Shown: positions 31,908 to 44,105, numbered from the stretch's first letter. The stretch is 64,000 nt of DNA from an uncultured virus (IMG/VR IMGVR_UViG_3300017989_000070) (IMGVR_UViG_3300017989_000070), one strand, 5' to 3'. Program-made: numbers and translations. The notes: generated by a model not told the origin, from the letters alone.

Positions 31908-32576
31908 ATGAACGAGCCCAAGAAGCACCCCTCGTTCGGGGTGATCGGCATCAGCCGCATCCACGGGGAGCGCGGCGGCTTCTTCGGGAGCCACGTCAAG
32001 AAGCACCACGACTTCATCTCGCTGCGCATCAGCAACGCTTCCTACCGGCACGAACTCGGCAAGGATTGGATTCGCGCTGACGGAATGCTCCCGATCATCG
32101 AAGTCGAACTGACCCCCGCACAGTTCGCCGCGATGCTGACGACCATGAACGTGGGCGACGGCGTGCCCTGCACGATCAAGTTCCGCGACGGCAAACCCAC
32201 CGAGCCCGTGCCCGACGACTACGGGGCCGAGCACGAGCGCGTGGTCGAGGAGTTCCGGCAGAAGATCGAAGCGAAGAGGGCCGAGGTGCAGCCCCGGCTC
32301 GCGCGGGTGCGGGAGTTGCTGACGAAGAAGGGCACGCTGCGCGTGGCCGAGAAGGAGGAGATCCTCGACCTCGTCGAGGGGCTCTTCCGGGACTTCAGCC
32401 GGGGCAACGCGGACTTCATCCTGGAGCAGTTCGAGCGCAGCGCCGAGAAGGTGGTGACCGAGGCGAAGGCCCTGGTGGACGAGTTCATCACGTCGACTGC
32501 GGCGAGACTCGGCATGAAGGCGCTCAAGGAGCGGTTCAGCGCCGCGCCGATGCTCGGGGATGGGGAGGAGCCATGA
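31908..32576 (+). CDS. Hypothetical phage protein
   Basis: HPSFGVIGISR...FFGS...IEVELTPAQFA...GDGVPCTI; long ORF with typical codon usage. Confidence 0.7.
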   Translation: MNEPKKHPSFGVIGISRIHGERGGFFGSHVKKHHDFISLRISNASYRHELGKDWIRADGMLPIIEVELTPAQFAAMLTTMNVGDGVPCTIKFRDGKPTEPVPDDYGAEHERVVEEFRQKIEAKRAEVQPRLARVRELLTKKGTLRVAEKEEILDLVEGLFRDFSRGNADFILEQFERSAEKVVTEAKALVDEFITSTAARLGMKALKERFSAAPMLGDGEEP

Positions 32577-35500
32577 GCGCCCTCGACAAGCTCACGTACC
32601 ACCCTGCGGGGCGCGTGCGCCGGTACTGCTGGAGGACCGGCGGGGTCTACATGCTGGACGACGGCGAGAAGTGCCCCGAGTGCGCCTCGCCCTTTCACAA
32701 GCCCGTCGACAATCAGGACGAGTGCTCGAAGTTCGCCCCCTGCCCCGACTGCGGAAACGGCCACCCGTGCCAGCTTCCCATCGGGCACGAGGGGCCGTGC
32801 TGGTGCGAGGGGTGCGGGAGGAAGACATGACGAGCGAAACCTTTACCACGTACCACGTCGAGTCCCGCGTCGAGGGCGGCGAGACCTGGATACGAGAATC
32901 CGTGGGTCCGAATTCCTCGCTGGGAATGAAGTCCTACGAGTGCGGCTCCCTGACCGGCCTTCTCGGATGCTTCTCCACCCTGGAGGACGCGCAGGCGCTC
33001 ATCGAAGAGAGGAATAGCCGGGACTGCGGTGTGATGGTCTACCGCATCATCAAGTCGCGGCACATGGTCACGCGGGAGGTGATCTCGTGATCGACTGGGA
33101 CAAGGTCCGCGAGGCGCGACGGCGCGGGAAGCTGGGTCGGATGCGGCCCGGGGACCAGGAGCTTGTCGAGGCTGCGATGCGTGACGATCCCGAACGCTAC
33201 CGCGGGATGAGCGCGGAGGTCATCGCGGAAGTCACCGAGGAGATGAGGAGCTTCGGTAGGTGGGAGCAGGAGCCATGATCGACGCCTGCAACAAGCACTG
33301 CACCCCCGGAGACAACCCCGCCCACGAGGACGACTGCGTCTTCTGCGAGGTCGAGCGCCTGCGTGACCTGCTGCGTCGCTGGGCCGAGGCCGACATGCGC
33401 GACCACGGGCAATGGGGGGCGCTCCAGCGGGAGACGCGCAAGCTCTTGGAGGAGTCATGAACAAGCAAGCATACGACGAGTGGCACGAAGCCGTGAACAG
33501 CGCCGGGAGCTTCGCCACATACTTCCACCGCGAGATCGACGCGGGGCGCAAACCTCGGCTGCACATGGAGCACTTCCCCGGCATCCCCACCGAAGGGTTC
33601 ATGGAGTTCGAGACCGACGCCGAGCGCTGCCACATCACCATGTACTTCCCCGGCGCGATGAACTGGACCATCTCTATCCCATGGAAGGACACCACCGCTC
33701 TCTCCCACCTCTTGCTCCGCGCGAGCAGTGCGGTGAAGCACCTCGCGCTCATCGAGGAACAGACGGGGGGAGAACCGTGGATATGACCGACGACGACGTC
33801 GTCCTCGAAGGCTTCACCTACGGGATCCTCGTCCTGCGCGAAGGACAGAGCGGCGCGTTCACGCCGACGATCACGTCGGGCAAGCGTTTCCTCTACGCCC
33901 CCGACACCGTGCTCAAGGTCGTCGAGATGTACTGCACCTACGCCGAGGGCTCGCTCGCGTCGATGGAGAACCTGCTCAAGCACGGCTCGCTCGTCATCGA
34001 GCGCGAGGACGGCGAGGTGCTCTTCGACGGGCTCGTGCGCAAGGTGCCGACCGCGACCATGTGGCACGAGGCCCCGGGCACCGTCGCCCACTACCGCTTC
34101 GCCGAGCCCTTCGACGTGTCGAAGGACGACGGCGTGCGCTTCCGGCTCTGCCTGCACAAGCCCTCGCCGGGGCCGGTGATGCTGCGGGTGATCCTGAGAG
34201 GAGTGCTGGCATGATTCACAACCTAAATAGTGAAGAGCGACGAGCTATCGTCACGTTGGTACGCTTGGCAAAGGAATGGCCGAAGACGCTCTGGCTGTTT
34301 TACGGGGATGGCACTCTCCACGTCATGCGGTGCGACGAGAACGGCGATCGCGCTTTCCGTGGAGAGGGTGTGGATCAGGACTACATCGTCACCGACATCG
34401 ACATCCCTGGCGACGGAGGAGGCTGGTAAGTCATGAGAGCCAGAGACATCGTCGGGCGCCGGGTCGTCCGCGTGCTTCAGGAACGACGCCAGACCGACTA
34501 CGGCAAGGGGGTCTGGGACATACAGGGCTTCGTGCTGGACAACGGGAAGGTCGTCTACTTCAACGTGGTCGAGCTTCCCGACGACTACGCGGTCGAGGCT
34601 GGGGTGGTGAACAGGGTGGAGGGCCCGTGATGCCTGACAAGAACAAGCTCGCGATGATGCGCGAGATGAACTACCGGATCGTGGACTCCTGCGCGACGTG
34701 CCGGTTCGGACTCGGGCGGCACAGCGGCGAGGGCTGGGGCCGGTGCTCCCAGTTGAGCTACAAGCACGACAAGCACTCGGACCACACCCGGCCCATGCCT
34801 GCGCACACGGCGTTCATCTGCGACGACCACGAACGCGCGGAGTGGGTGGACCTGAGCCTGAACGACTACGCCGACGAGGCGTTGTGGAGGGAAGCATGAA
34901 CCTCGAACCCTGGCAGACGTTCAACTTCGAGAGCCGCACGGTCTTCGTGCATCGGCGCCAGAAGCCGGACGGGTCGGACGTGTACGCCGCCGAGACCGAG
35001 TTCTCCCCCGGGAAGACGATCTCCGTCGTCGCCGACACCGTCGAGGAGGCCCTCTTCGGCCTCGGTCACGCGATCGGGGCGCTGGCATGATCCTCATCGA
35101 CGCCGGGCAGAACTCCCGCCGCTGCGGGGAGTGCTTCTACCTCCTCGCGAGGCCGGGCGACTTCGTCTGCCGCATCTTCGACGCCGTGCTCGCCGAGGAG
35201 CAGGGGCGGAGCGCCCGATACCCGCTGCGCTGCAAGCACTGCCGCGAGGGCTACGAGCGGTTCAACGCCATGTTCGAGAACCTGCACGACGTGACGCTCC
35301 AGCGCGACAAGTTGCGCGAGGCGCTCAAGGTCGCGACCGACGCGCTGGAGCGCCGCATCGAGCCGCACAACGACCTGTGCGTGATCGACACGCCGAAGCG
35401 GTGGGGGCTGGGGGACGACGGCACGTGCTCGGGCGCGGACCTCGTGGTGAAGCTGCGGGAGGTGCTGGAGTCATGACAAGCTGCCGCTACAAGGAATTGG

Positions 35501-37647
35501 TCGCGGAGCGCAAGGCCTGGCTGGAGAAGATCAAGGCCTCTCCCGACACGCCCTTCGACGGCTTCACCGAGGAGAGCGGCGAGGTCGTGCCAGCGCGGCT
35601 CATCTACCTCTCCAAGCCGTCCGGCGGCAACAAACGCTGGTGCGTCGAGGAGCGGTTCCTGACGCGCTACCCGCACCAGCACCACGTCTGGCCCACGCCC
35701 GAGGGCGTCTACGTGGAGGCGATCCGCATCTACTCCAAGCGTCGCGCAGACGCCGAAGAGAAGGCGGAGATGTACCGGCAGAAGAAGAACCACTGGGCGG
35801 ACAAGTGGCTCGCCTGGTGTGACGAGCAGCGGGAGGAGGCGGGATGACGCGCTACAAGGCCAGGATTCGCAAGAAGACCGACGACCTGAGAGGGGCCATG
35901 CGCCAGTGGTGCCTGGAGCAAGAGGAGTTCACCTGGCGCGGGGCCACGCAGGAGATGAACGGCCACGAGTACCGGCCCGACTTCCAGCGCCGGGAGCTTT
36001 TCGAGATGCTGACCGAGATGGTCGAAGACGGGCGCTTCGAGTTCGTGGTGGAGTGGAACGGCTTCAATGTCGAGCCCACCGTCCTCTTCGTGCGGACGAA
36101 GGGGGAGGACCATGGGTAGCCGGGGAGCCTACGCAGGACAGCCCTACGCCTTCTCGTGCAAGGGCTGCGGGACCAGGCGCATCGAGGTCATCGAGCCAAC
36201 CGGCAAGACCCGCGCGCAGAAGAGCAAGGGCATGAACTACCACAACTGGGGCGACGTGGCCTACGAGTACGAGTGCGCGTCCTGCCACCACAAGGGCTGG
36301 TCGCGGCACCCGGACATCGCGAGGAAGGCCGAGTTGAGGGAGGGGTCGTGACCCAGCGCGACAGGGCGGCGGTCACCGAGGAGTTCATGGTCGAGGCCTG
36401 GTGCGGCGAGTGCGGCAAGCTCAAGCACGTCGACACCGCGACCGGGCTCTGCGTCTCGTGCCTGGTCACCATCGAGAAGGAGCGCCCCCGCGGGGGGCTC
36501 ATCTACGGCTTTCCGTTCGAGGAGGACAACGTGAGCGACGACATCGAGATCGAGCAGAAGACGCTGAACGCCAACCGCTGCGTCATCATCGGGCCGCGGG
36601 TGGGGCAGAACCTCACCCACACCCAGGACAAGTTCCTCCTGGGCGTCGGCGACGTGGTCGTCTTGGAGATCGACATGAAGGGCAAGTCCGTCGTGTTCCG
36701 CGACAAGGACGGTGGGACGGTCCTGCGCGCCGAGTGGTTCGCCTCGGGCGTGCCCCAGGTCACGTTCTCCGCGAACCCCGACCTGGCGAAGCGCAACTCG
36801 TACAACGACATCATCGACGCCTTCCGCATGTTCGTGGAGGCGATGGAGGAGGGGAAGGAGCCATGAGCGAGATCATCGAGATCAAGATCACCGCGCGCTG
36901 CGCGAAGTGCGGGGCCTTCGTGGACATCAACCACACGGGCTTCATCCGGGGCGCCGCTGAGATCGAGGTGAAGCCCTGCGAGAACTGCGAGAACCAGAAG
37001 AGGGAGAACCAGCGTGAGTTGCCGACGAGCGATTGAGGGCTGCATCTGGATCTGCATCATCTGGCCCTACGCCGAGGTGCGCCTCGCCATCGAACGGGCG
37101 CGCTCGTTCTGCCGGGGGCGGCGATGAGCCACCTCTTCCGGGTCTGGTGCCCCGACCGGGACGAGTACCCCGGCGACGGGCGAGTGGTCAACACCTTCGA
37201 CGAGGCGAGCGCCGCGGAGGAGTGGGCGCGCCAGGACGACTGGTACAGCGGGGAGTTCTCCATCGCCGGGAGCAGGACCGAGGTCGTCCTCGCCGTCACC
37301 GACGAGGAGGTGTGGCAGAACCGCGGGGAGAACGACGAGGTGCCGGTGGCGAAGTTCAAGGTCTGGGGCGAGTGCGAGCCGGTGTACTACGCGAGGGAGG
37401 AGCCGTGAACAGCATCATCATCGGGACCGACATCCAGTCCGATGAGGACGACGTGCTCGTGCTCGGGCACAAGGGCAAGGTGCTGCTCAAGGCCGACTTC
37501 TCGAAGGTGGGCGCTCCCCAACTGACCGTGGCCGACATGGGAGGCGACGGCCTCTTCGAGAACATCGCGCGGGTCTTCGAGGTCATGGCTCGCTCGATGC
37601 GCGAGAGCGCGGAGCGGTCCGACGCCGCCGCGGGGAAGATGAACTGA

Positions 37648-37694
37648 GCAAGAAATCTGACTCCCGGGCCAACAGCGAATAGGGTGAGGACATG
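37648..37694 (+). promoter_or_regulatory. Class I sigma70-like promoter (leaderless)
   Basis: GCAAGAAAT-CTGACT-N17-TAGGGT-N6-ATG. Confidence 0.8.
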
Positions 37695-37975
37695 GACGGA
37701 CTCAAAGCAGCCGCGATGGCAGACGACGAAGAGCACCACAGGCGCACCAGGGAGAAGAAGGCCCCGGAGCACGGGAAGTGGGAGACCCAGAAGGTCTGGA
37801 CGCTGACCCGGGCGAGGGTGAAGTTCACGGTGGAGGTCAATGAGAAGACGTTCCACGCCAACATCGGCAAGGCGACCGTCCTCCACGGCTTCACCACCGA
37901 GGGCGCGACCATCCGCGCCGCGGCACAAGGGCTGCGGGAGATGGCCCAGGCGCTCCTCAACGCGATCGAGGACGA

Positions 37976-38428
37976 GTGATGCCGGACGGACGGGAACTCC
38001 TCTTCTCCCTCTCGAAGGCGAACGGCGACTTCGTGGTCACGACCGCGCGCTCGTCCGGCCCCGGGGGCCAGAACGTCAACAAGCGCGACACCAAGGTCAC
38101 GGTGAAGCACCCCGCCTCCGGCGCGCAGGCCACGAGCCAGGTGCACCGCACCCAGGAGCGCAACCGCGCCGATGCGTTCCGGCGCCTGGTCGAGAGCGAG
38201 GCGTTCCAGGCGTGGCTGCGCCTGGAGCTTGCCCGGCACGGCGTCGAGGAGGTGGAGCACACCACGGGGCCCACGGGGTCGCGGGGCGCGAAGATACGCA
38301 CCTACAACATCCCGCGCGACACCGTGACGGACCACCGCGTGGGGCTCACGGTGCGCGGCGCCCAGGACGTGCTCGACGGGAAGATCGAGCCCTTCGTCGA
38401 GGCGCTGACCGCGGAGAAGGAGAACTGA
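37976..38428 (+). CDS. Peptide chain release factor-like protein (GGQ domain)
   Basis: RSSGPGGQNVNK, RTQERNR..A, KIRTYN...VTDHR. Confidence 0.88.
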   Translation: MMPDGRELLFSLSKANGDFVVTTARSSGPGGQNVNKRDTKVTVKHPASGAQATSQVHRTQERNRADAFRRLVESEAFQAWLRLELARHGVEEVEHTTGPTGSRGAKIRTYNIPRDTVTDHRVGLTVRGAQDVLDGKIEPFVEALTAEKEN

Positions 38429-39597
38429 TGCCCAAGCTCGTACAGGCCCCGCGCCTCGTCGTCCTCGTCAACGAGGGCGACACCATCGGCGAGGACACGC
38501 GCCTGGTCAAGACCATCTTCGCGCTCGTGCACCACGACGGCACCGAGACGCCGCTGACCTCGGGGTTCATCCACAAGGAGACGACCGACCTGCTCCGGGA
38601 GGGCCTGGAGCTTCGGGTCAGGAGGATCGGAACATGACCCCCGACAAGACCAAGACCGGCATGCCCTACCAGCGCCTGGACGACACCGACTGCGTGCGCC
38701 TGGAGCCTTGGCCGGGCATCTACATCGAGGTGCGCAAGCTCGGCAAGGCGCTCGACGTGCGCACGCTGCCCTACAACCTCACGGTGCACCCGGTCGACGC
38801 CTGCCGGGTGCTCATCCGCACGGAGAAGCCATGACGACCTGGAAGTACCGCTACTTCATCGAGTCGATCGACCTGCCGGTGGCGTCGTCGAAGCGCGGCC
38901 CAGTCCTCTTGGCACAAAGGGCACGGCGCAGATCTCGATAGGAGGAGTGTTTTGATCAGCGAGAAAATCCACAAGGTCGAGGTCCACATGAAGTGCGACC
39001 TGTGCGGCCACGAGGAGCCCCACTCCGCGGAGGCCGAGGCGAAGTGGGAAGTCCGCCTCACCGAGATGGGCACGCACCACACCTGCCCCGGGTGCCAGGA
39101 GAAGAAGGAGACCGCCGACACGGCGCCCACCGACACGGCGCGGTGCGAGGGCGGCTGCGGCGCCGTCCCACCCGAGGGCTTCGCGATGTGCCACGAGTGC
39201 ACCGAGGGCGCGATGATCCTGAACCAGAAGGCGCTGGACCGCTGGAAGGCGCAGTTCCACGACCTCACGGATGACTACAACAAGCTCGCGGAGCAGAGCC
39301 AGCGCCTGGTCGACCGCGTCCGCGCGCTGGAGCAGTGCCTGCGAGAGGTGCGGCTCATCATCGGGAAGGGGGAGCCGTCGTGCGGAAACTGAGGGTCTTC
39401 ATCGCGGAGACGATCCTGTGGCTGGGATACAAGATCGCCGTGTGGCGGCTCGGCAAGGAGAGGGTGGACGAGATCATGTTCGAGACCGCGGTCGAGATGG
39501 GCCGGGAGTCCTGGGGCTACTTCGACGACGAGGGGAGACACCACCCGCCAGCGAACGCCGCAGAGCGCATCGAGCACCTTCGCAAGGAGACACCATC

Positions 39598-40365
39598 ATG
39601 CTGACACCTGTCTTTCTCTCTGCACGCGACCTGCCTGACGCCTGGTTCCTGTGCGTGGACGCCTGCCTCAAGCACGGGCGCCAGTGGACCGTCGAGGAGG
39701 GCTCCTACGAGGGCCAGAAGCGATGGGAACTCGACTACGTCGCGGTGCACATCACCCACCCGGGCGTGAGGCCGCTCGTGCCCGAGATGCCGCCGCACAT
39801 CGACGCCCCGCCCCCGACGACGATGGAGTACGTCGAGGAGTACCTGCCGTACCTCCTGACCGATGCGTTGGCGAAGAACGAGCAATACACCTACGGGGCT
39901 CGACTCGCTGGGGAACTGACGCGGCGCCTGACGCTCGAAGAAGTTGGAGACGACCGCTTTCTCCAGGCCATGGGGGGCACGGAATGTGAAAAGTTCGCCC
40001 CCTCACAAGTCGACACCGTCATCGAGCGCTTCAAGAAGAACCACGGCACCAACCAGTGCTCGATGAGCATCGCACAGCCGAGCGACATCCACCTCTCCGA
40101 CCCGCCGTGCCTGCGCGAGATCGACTGCCGCATCATCGCGCCGGACGGGCTGCACGAGGGCGAGCCCCCGGCGCTGCACTTCATCATCTACTTCCGCTCC
40201 TGGGACCTCTGGGGCGGGTTCCCCGCGAACCTCGCAGCCATCCGGCTCATGCAGGAGTACATGGCCGGAGAGATCGGCGTCGAGGCGGGGGAGATGATCT
40301 GCCAGTCCAAGGGCCTGCATGTCTACGACCACGCCTGGGACCTGGCGAAGTTGAGGGTAGGATGA
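39598..40365 (+). CDS. thyA: Thymidylate synthase-family enzyme (archaeal-type ThyA or pyrimidine hydroxymethylase)
   Basis: QYTYGARL, PPCLREID catalytic Cys, YFRSWDLWGGFPANL, LHVY. Confidence 0.8.
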   Translation: MLTPVFLSARDLPDAWFLCVDACLKHGRQWTVEEGSYEGQKRWELDYVAVHITHPGVRPLVPEMPPHIDAPPPTTMEYVEEYLPYLLTDALAKNEQYTYGARLAGELTRRLTLEEVGDDRFLQAMGGTECEKFAPSQVDTVIERFKKNHGTNQCSMSIAQPSDIHLSDPPCLREIDCRIIAPDGLHEGEPPALHFIIYFRSWDLWGGFPANLAAIRLMQEYMAGEIGVEAGEMICQSKGLHVYDHAWDLAKLRVG

Positions 40366-41381
40366 CGACCCCCATCATATTCGAGCGGTGGCCCGATCTC
40401 CGCCGCCACATCCCCTGGCTCCCCCTGGGCGTCCGCGAGACGCCGGTCGTGCAGATTGACGACGACTTCTGGGTCAAACGCGACGACATGCTCGGGGGCG
40501 GCTACGGTGGCAACAAGGTGCGCAAGCTGGAGTTCTCGCTCGCCGAGATCATCCAGCGCCGCAAGACCCGCGTCATCACCGCAGGCGGCGTGGGCTCGAA
40601 CCACGTCACGGCCACGAGCATCTACGCCCAGCGCCTCGCGCTCGACGTCTCGGCGGTGCTCGTGCCCCAGCCGGTGCAGAAGAACCTGCGGACGAACCTG
40701 CTCGCCATGAAGGCCCACGAGTGCGACCTTCACCCCGTCAAGAGCGAGGTGCGGGGCTACCTCATGGCGCTCTGGCTGCTCCTGTCCCGGCGCCGCTCGG
40801 CGCTGCTCTGGATCGGGGGCTCGTCGGTCACAGGCGTCCTGGGCGCGGTCAACCTCGCGCTGGAGATCGAGGAGCAGGTCGCGAGCGGCCTCGTGCCCGA
40901 GCCCGAGAACATCGTCGTGCCCGTGGGCTCGACCGGCACGCTGGCCGGGCTCGTGGCGGGGAAGAAGCTCACCAGGCTGCGCTCGAACATCGTGGGCGTC
41001 CGGGCCTACTCCGACAAGATCGCCAACGAGTGGATGGTGCGCCACCTGGCGAACCGCGCGCTGCGCCGGATGCGCCTCCCCCAGCGGGTCACGAAGGACG
41101 ACGTGAACCTCATGCACGGCTACTTCGGCCACGGCTACGCCGTCTACACCCACGCCGCGGTCGAGGCGATGGAGCACTTCGCCGGGCACGGCATGACGCT
41201 GGAGGGCACCTACAGCGGCAAGGCCGCAGCGGCGGCGCTCGACATGCCGGGCCGGACGCTGTTCATCAACACCTACAACTCGCAACCAATGGCCCCGCTC
41301 ATCGAGGGCGCGGACATCGAGGACCTCCCGCCGATCCTGCGCGAGTACTTCGAGAAGCCGGTGGCGGAGGTAGAGGGGTGA
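40362..41381 (+). CDS. PLP-dependent D-cysteine desulfhydrase/ACC deaminase-family enzyme
   Basis: WVKRDD...GGNKVRKLEF, GSNH, VPVGSTGTLAGL, LEGTYSGKA. Confidence 0.88.
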   Translation: MTTPIIFERWPDLRRHIPWLPLGVRETPVVQIDDDFWVKRDDMLGGGYGGNKVRKLEFSLAEIIQRRKTRVITAGGVGSNHVTATSIYAQRLALDVSAVLVPQPVQKNLRTNLLAMKAHECDLHPVKSEVRGYLMALWLLLSRRRSALLWIGGSSVTGVLGAVNLALEIEEQVASGLVPEPENIVVPVGSTGTLAGLVAGKKLTRLRSNIVGVRAYSDKIANEWMVRHLANRALRRMRLPQRVTKDDVNLMHGYFGHGYAVYTHAAVEAMEHFAGHGMTLEGTYSGKAAAAALDMPGRTLFINTYNSQPMAPLIEGADIEDLPPILREYFEKPVAEVEG

Positions 41382-41574
41382 GAGAGCACCACGTCCACAA
41401 CCCCGCGCTCGAAGACGACGGGAGCATGGTCTACCTGGAGACCGCCGAGCACATGACCATCGGCGACCGCGTGGTGGCCCACGGCGGCGCGTGGCACGGC
41501 TCGGTCTTCGAGGTGGACGACTCCGAGAAGCTGCGCTGGGGACGTGTCCGCTACGGGCTCACGCACGTGGGCAT

Positions 41575-41621
41575 GCAGAAAATCTGACTTCCCTCCCAGC
41601 CCAGGTTAGGGTCTTCTCATG
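41575..41621 (+). promoter_or_regulatory. Class I sigma70-like promoter (leaderless)
   Basis: GCAGAAAAT-CTGACT-N17-TAGGGT-N6-ATG. Confidence 0.8.
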
Positions 41622-42096
41622 ACCGACAACCGACGACGAACAGTCATGGACACGCCCATCAACCCACCCTTCGGCGAGGGCCGGTGGCAGGACGCGCTCC
41701 GGCGCATGCTGGGGCGCATCAAAGAGGGTCTCCGGTTCGAGGCGTGGGACAGCGACGAGGTGGGAGCCAAGGACACCCACTGCTCCTGGGGCATGTGCTC
41801 GAACGACATCGAGCAGTGGCCCGAGGCCGACGACCACATCTTCCCCGACGACTTCGAGGAACGCCAGCGCGTGGTCCCCCGCGACGCGCCTGGCGGGTGC
41901 CCCCTCGACCGGCGCACCGGGACCGACGAGGAGGACCGGTGGGGGTGCTTCTACCACTGCCGTGTCTTCCAGGGGCACATCGACGAGAAGTTCGTCGGGG
42001 ACGTGGTACTTCTCTACAACAGGATCATCGAGGCGCGGGAAAACGCGCACGGGCGCAAGACGACTTCGGATGATGACGAGCCATGGAGGACATGAC

Positions 42097-42504
42097 ATGA
42101 AGGTCTACCTGTCCACGACGAGCAGCGACATCCCCAAGGCGCGCTCGCTGATGCAGGCGGTCCGCGACAGCGGACACGCGGTCACGGTCGACTGGACCGA
42201 GGGGTTCGAGAACGAGCCGGAGATGCGGGTCGCCGAGCTTCAGCACCGGGCCGACATGGACATCGTCGGGGTTCTGGCCGCGGACGTTGTCGTGATCTAC
42301 ATGCAGCCGAAGATGAAGACGCACATGACCGGCGCCGCGATCGAGATGGGCGCGGCCTTCGGCGTGAACCTGCCGGTCATCGTGGTCGAGCAGGAGGCCA
42401 CCTTCGACCACTTCTTCAAGCACCACCCGCTGGTGACGAAGGTGGGGACCTGGGCCGAGGCGTTCACGCTCATCGACCGCTGGGGGCGAGGGGAGGCCAG
42501 GTGA
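42097..42504 (+). CDS. Nucleoside 2-deoxyribosyltransferase-like protein
   Basis: KVYLS...DW...D..GVLAADVVV...GAAIEMGAA...PVIV. Confidence 0.75.
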   Translation: MKVYLSTTSSDIPKARSLMQAVRDSGHAVTVDWTEGFENEPEMRVAELQHRADMDIVGVLAADVVVIYMQPKMKTHMTGAAIEMGAAFGVNLPVIVVEQEATFDHFFKHHPLVTKVGTWAEAFTLIDRWGRGEAR

Positions 42505-43140
42505 TCCACGAGGGCTACACCGCCGAGGTCGACCCCTACGGCATGAACATGAACCCCGACGACGTGCTCGCGGACATCCGCGCGCTCTGGGCGTCGGGCA
42601 GTCCGCAGGACTTCGAGCGCATGGTGGAACTGACCATGGCGCTCGACACGAGGCTTCAACGCGGCGGCTCGCTGCCGCGGGACTGGGAGAGATAGATGAA
42701 CACCGAGACCTTTCACAAGCTCCACGAGCAACTGGGCAACGCGCTGGCTCGCTGCGAGTGGGACCATGCGTCCCGCATCCTGCTCGACCGCGAGGCAGGC
42801 GTGCTCTACTGGCCCGAGCCCTGGATCGAGGTCATGAAGGAGAACCCGGCGCTGGCCCATGACATGGCGATGATGCGCCCCCTGCCCGTCGAGCACCTCT
42901 CGCCCATGACCGACGAGCTTCGGGAACTGGCGCGCCAGTGTGGCCTGCCCGAGTACAAGGGCAAGGCCAAGGCCAACCCGCCGCCGATGGCGGGGAACGC
43001 CAGGAGCCGCGGGGAGCGAAAGCGTTGCCCGAGGTGCGGCGAGTGGATGAAGGACGCCGGGCTCATGGGCAAGCACAAGTGGGACCTCACCGCCAAGCGC
43101 ACGGGGGAGAGCGTGTGCCCCAACGGCTGCGGCACCTGAC

Positions 43141-43434
43141 GTGAGGGACTGCGTCGGCTGCGGCTACTGCTGCATGAAGGCGCCCTGCGCGATCTTCACC
43201 GATCGCATGCGCGCTGCGGCACGCGGGGGGTGGCGGAGCGGGTGCCCGGAACTCGTGTTTGACGGAGGAGTGCACCGATGCGGAGTCTTGCTGACCATGA
43301 AGACGGCCAAGGGCCGGAGCCTCATACGCGAGGTTCTGAGCATCGGGGAGGGCTGCTGCGCGGGGCTGAACTCCTGGTGGCGGGAGCCGATCACGGATCG
43401 CCGCCAGTGCGTGCCGAGGTCCTCCTCGCGCTGA
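43141..43434 (+). CDS. Cys-rich protein (YkgJ-like Zn/Fe-S)
   Basis: CVGCGYCC...C...CPEL...RC...CC. Confidence 0.6.
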   Translation: MRDCVGCGYCCMKAPCAIFTDRMRAAARGGWRSGCPELVFDGGVHRCGVLLTMKTAKGRSLIREVLSIGEGCCAGLNSWWREPITDRRQCVPRSSSR

Positions 43435-43616
43435 TCGTCTCGCTCATCGAGGAGACCCGCTCGGGCGACGCGCTCGCGATCGCGCTCTACCGCACCCGCT
43501 CGCTCTCGGGCGCGACCGAAGAGGAGATGGAGTTCCTCGTGGAAGCCATCCGCAAGGTCCGCTCCGGGGTGCCGCGGCCCCGCGGGATGTACCCCGAGTT
43601 CTGATAGAATCCGGCC

Positions 43617-44105
43617 ATGACCATCCCCCAGGCCATCCGCAAAGCCCCCGTGGGCAAAGTCGTCGGCGGGGCGCTCTACGTCCACGTCACGGCGCTCGAC
43701 ACGCTGCCGCCGATGCTGCTCGACCTCGTGGGTGACGCGCTCGCCATCGCGGAGCCGGACACCGACACGCTCACGCTCGTCAAGATCACTCCCGCGGGGG
43801 TCGTCAGCTTCCTCGACTACGAGAGCTTCGACGAGGACCCACACCCCGCGCTGCTCCGCGCCGTGACGGTGAGCCCGGCTGGTGTGCGCCGCGCGACCTA
43901 CCGCAGGAACCGGCCCATCCTCCACCGCAAGGAGACCTTCGTCGCGCCGGACTACCCCGGCTACGAGACCTTCGCCGCGTTCACCGAGGCCGAGGAGGCC
44001 GCGGGGCTCCTCGGTCGTCAGGACATCGGGCGCGAGGACCAGTGGGCAGACGTGTTGTCGCGTGAGGGGTGGAGGCTCGACGGCCACCACCTCCGCCGAC
44101 GCTGA
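43617..44105 (+). CDS. Stand-alone domain of DNA phosphorothioation-associated putative methyltransferase
   Basis: GK...ALYVH, LVKI, SFLDY..FD.DPHPAL, N.PILHRKETFV..DYP.Y, EE.AGLL...IG...W; preceded by TG-A-TAGAAT-N6-ATG. Confidence 0.7.
   Translation: MTIPQAIRKAPVGKVVGGALYVHVTALDTLPPMLLDLVGDALAIAEPDTDTLTLVKITPAGVVSFLDYESFDEDPHPALLRAVTVSPAGVRRATYRRNRPILHRKETFVAPDYPGYETFAAFTEAEEAAGLLGRQDIGREDQWADVLSREGWRLDGHHLRRR

Larger units (their letters stand above)
27067..39604 (+). other. Block of about 40 coupled small plus-strand genes, mostly hypothetical
   Basis: Continuous ATGA/GTGA overlaps with GGAG RBSs. Confidence 0.8.

Noticed and set aside
36531..37647. Possible paralogy between the 36531..36866 and 37405..37647 regions (VLRAEW..GVPQVT versus LLKADF..GAPQLT)
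   Set aside because: Similarity too short to support without alignment statistics
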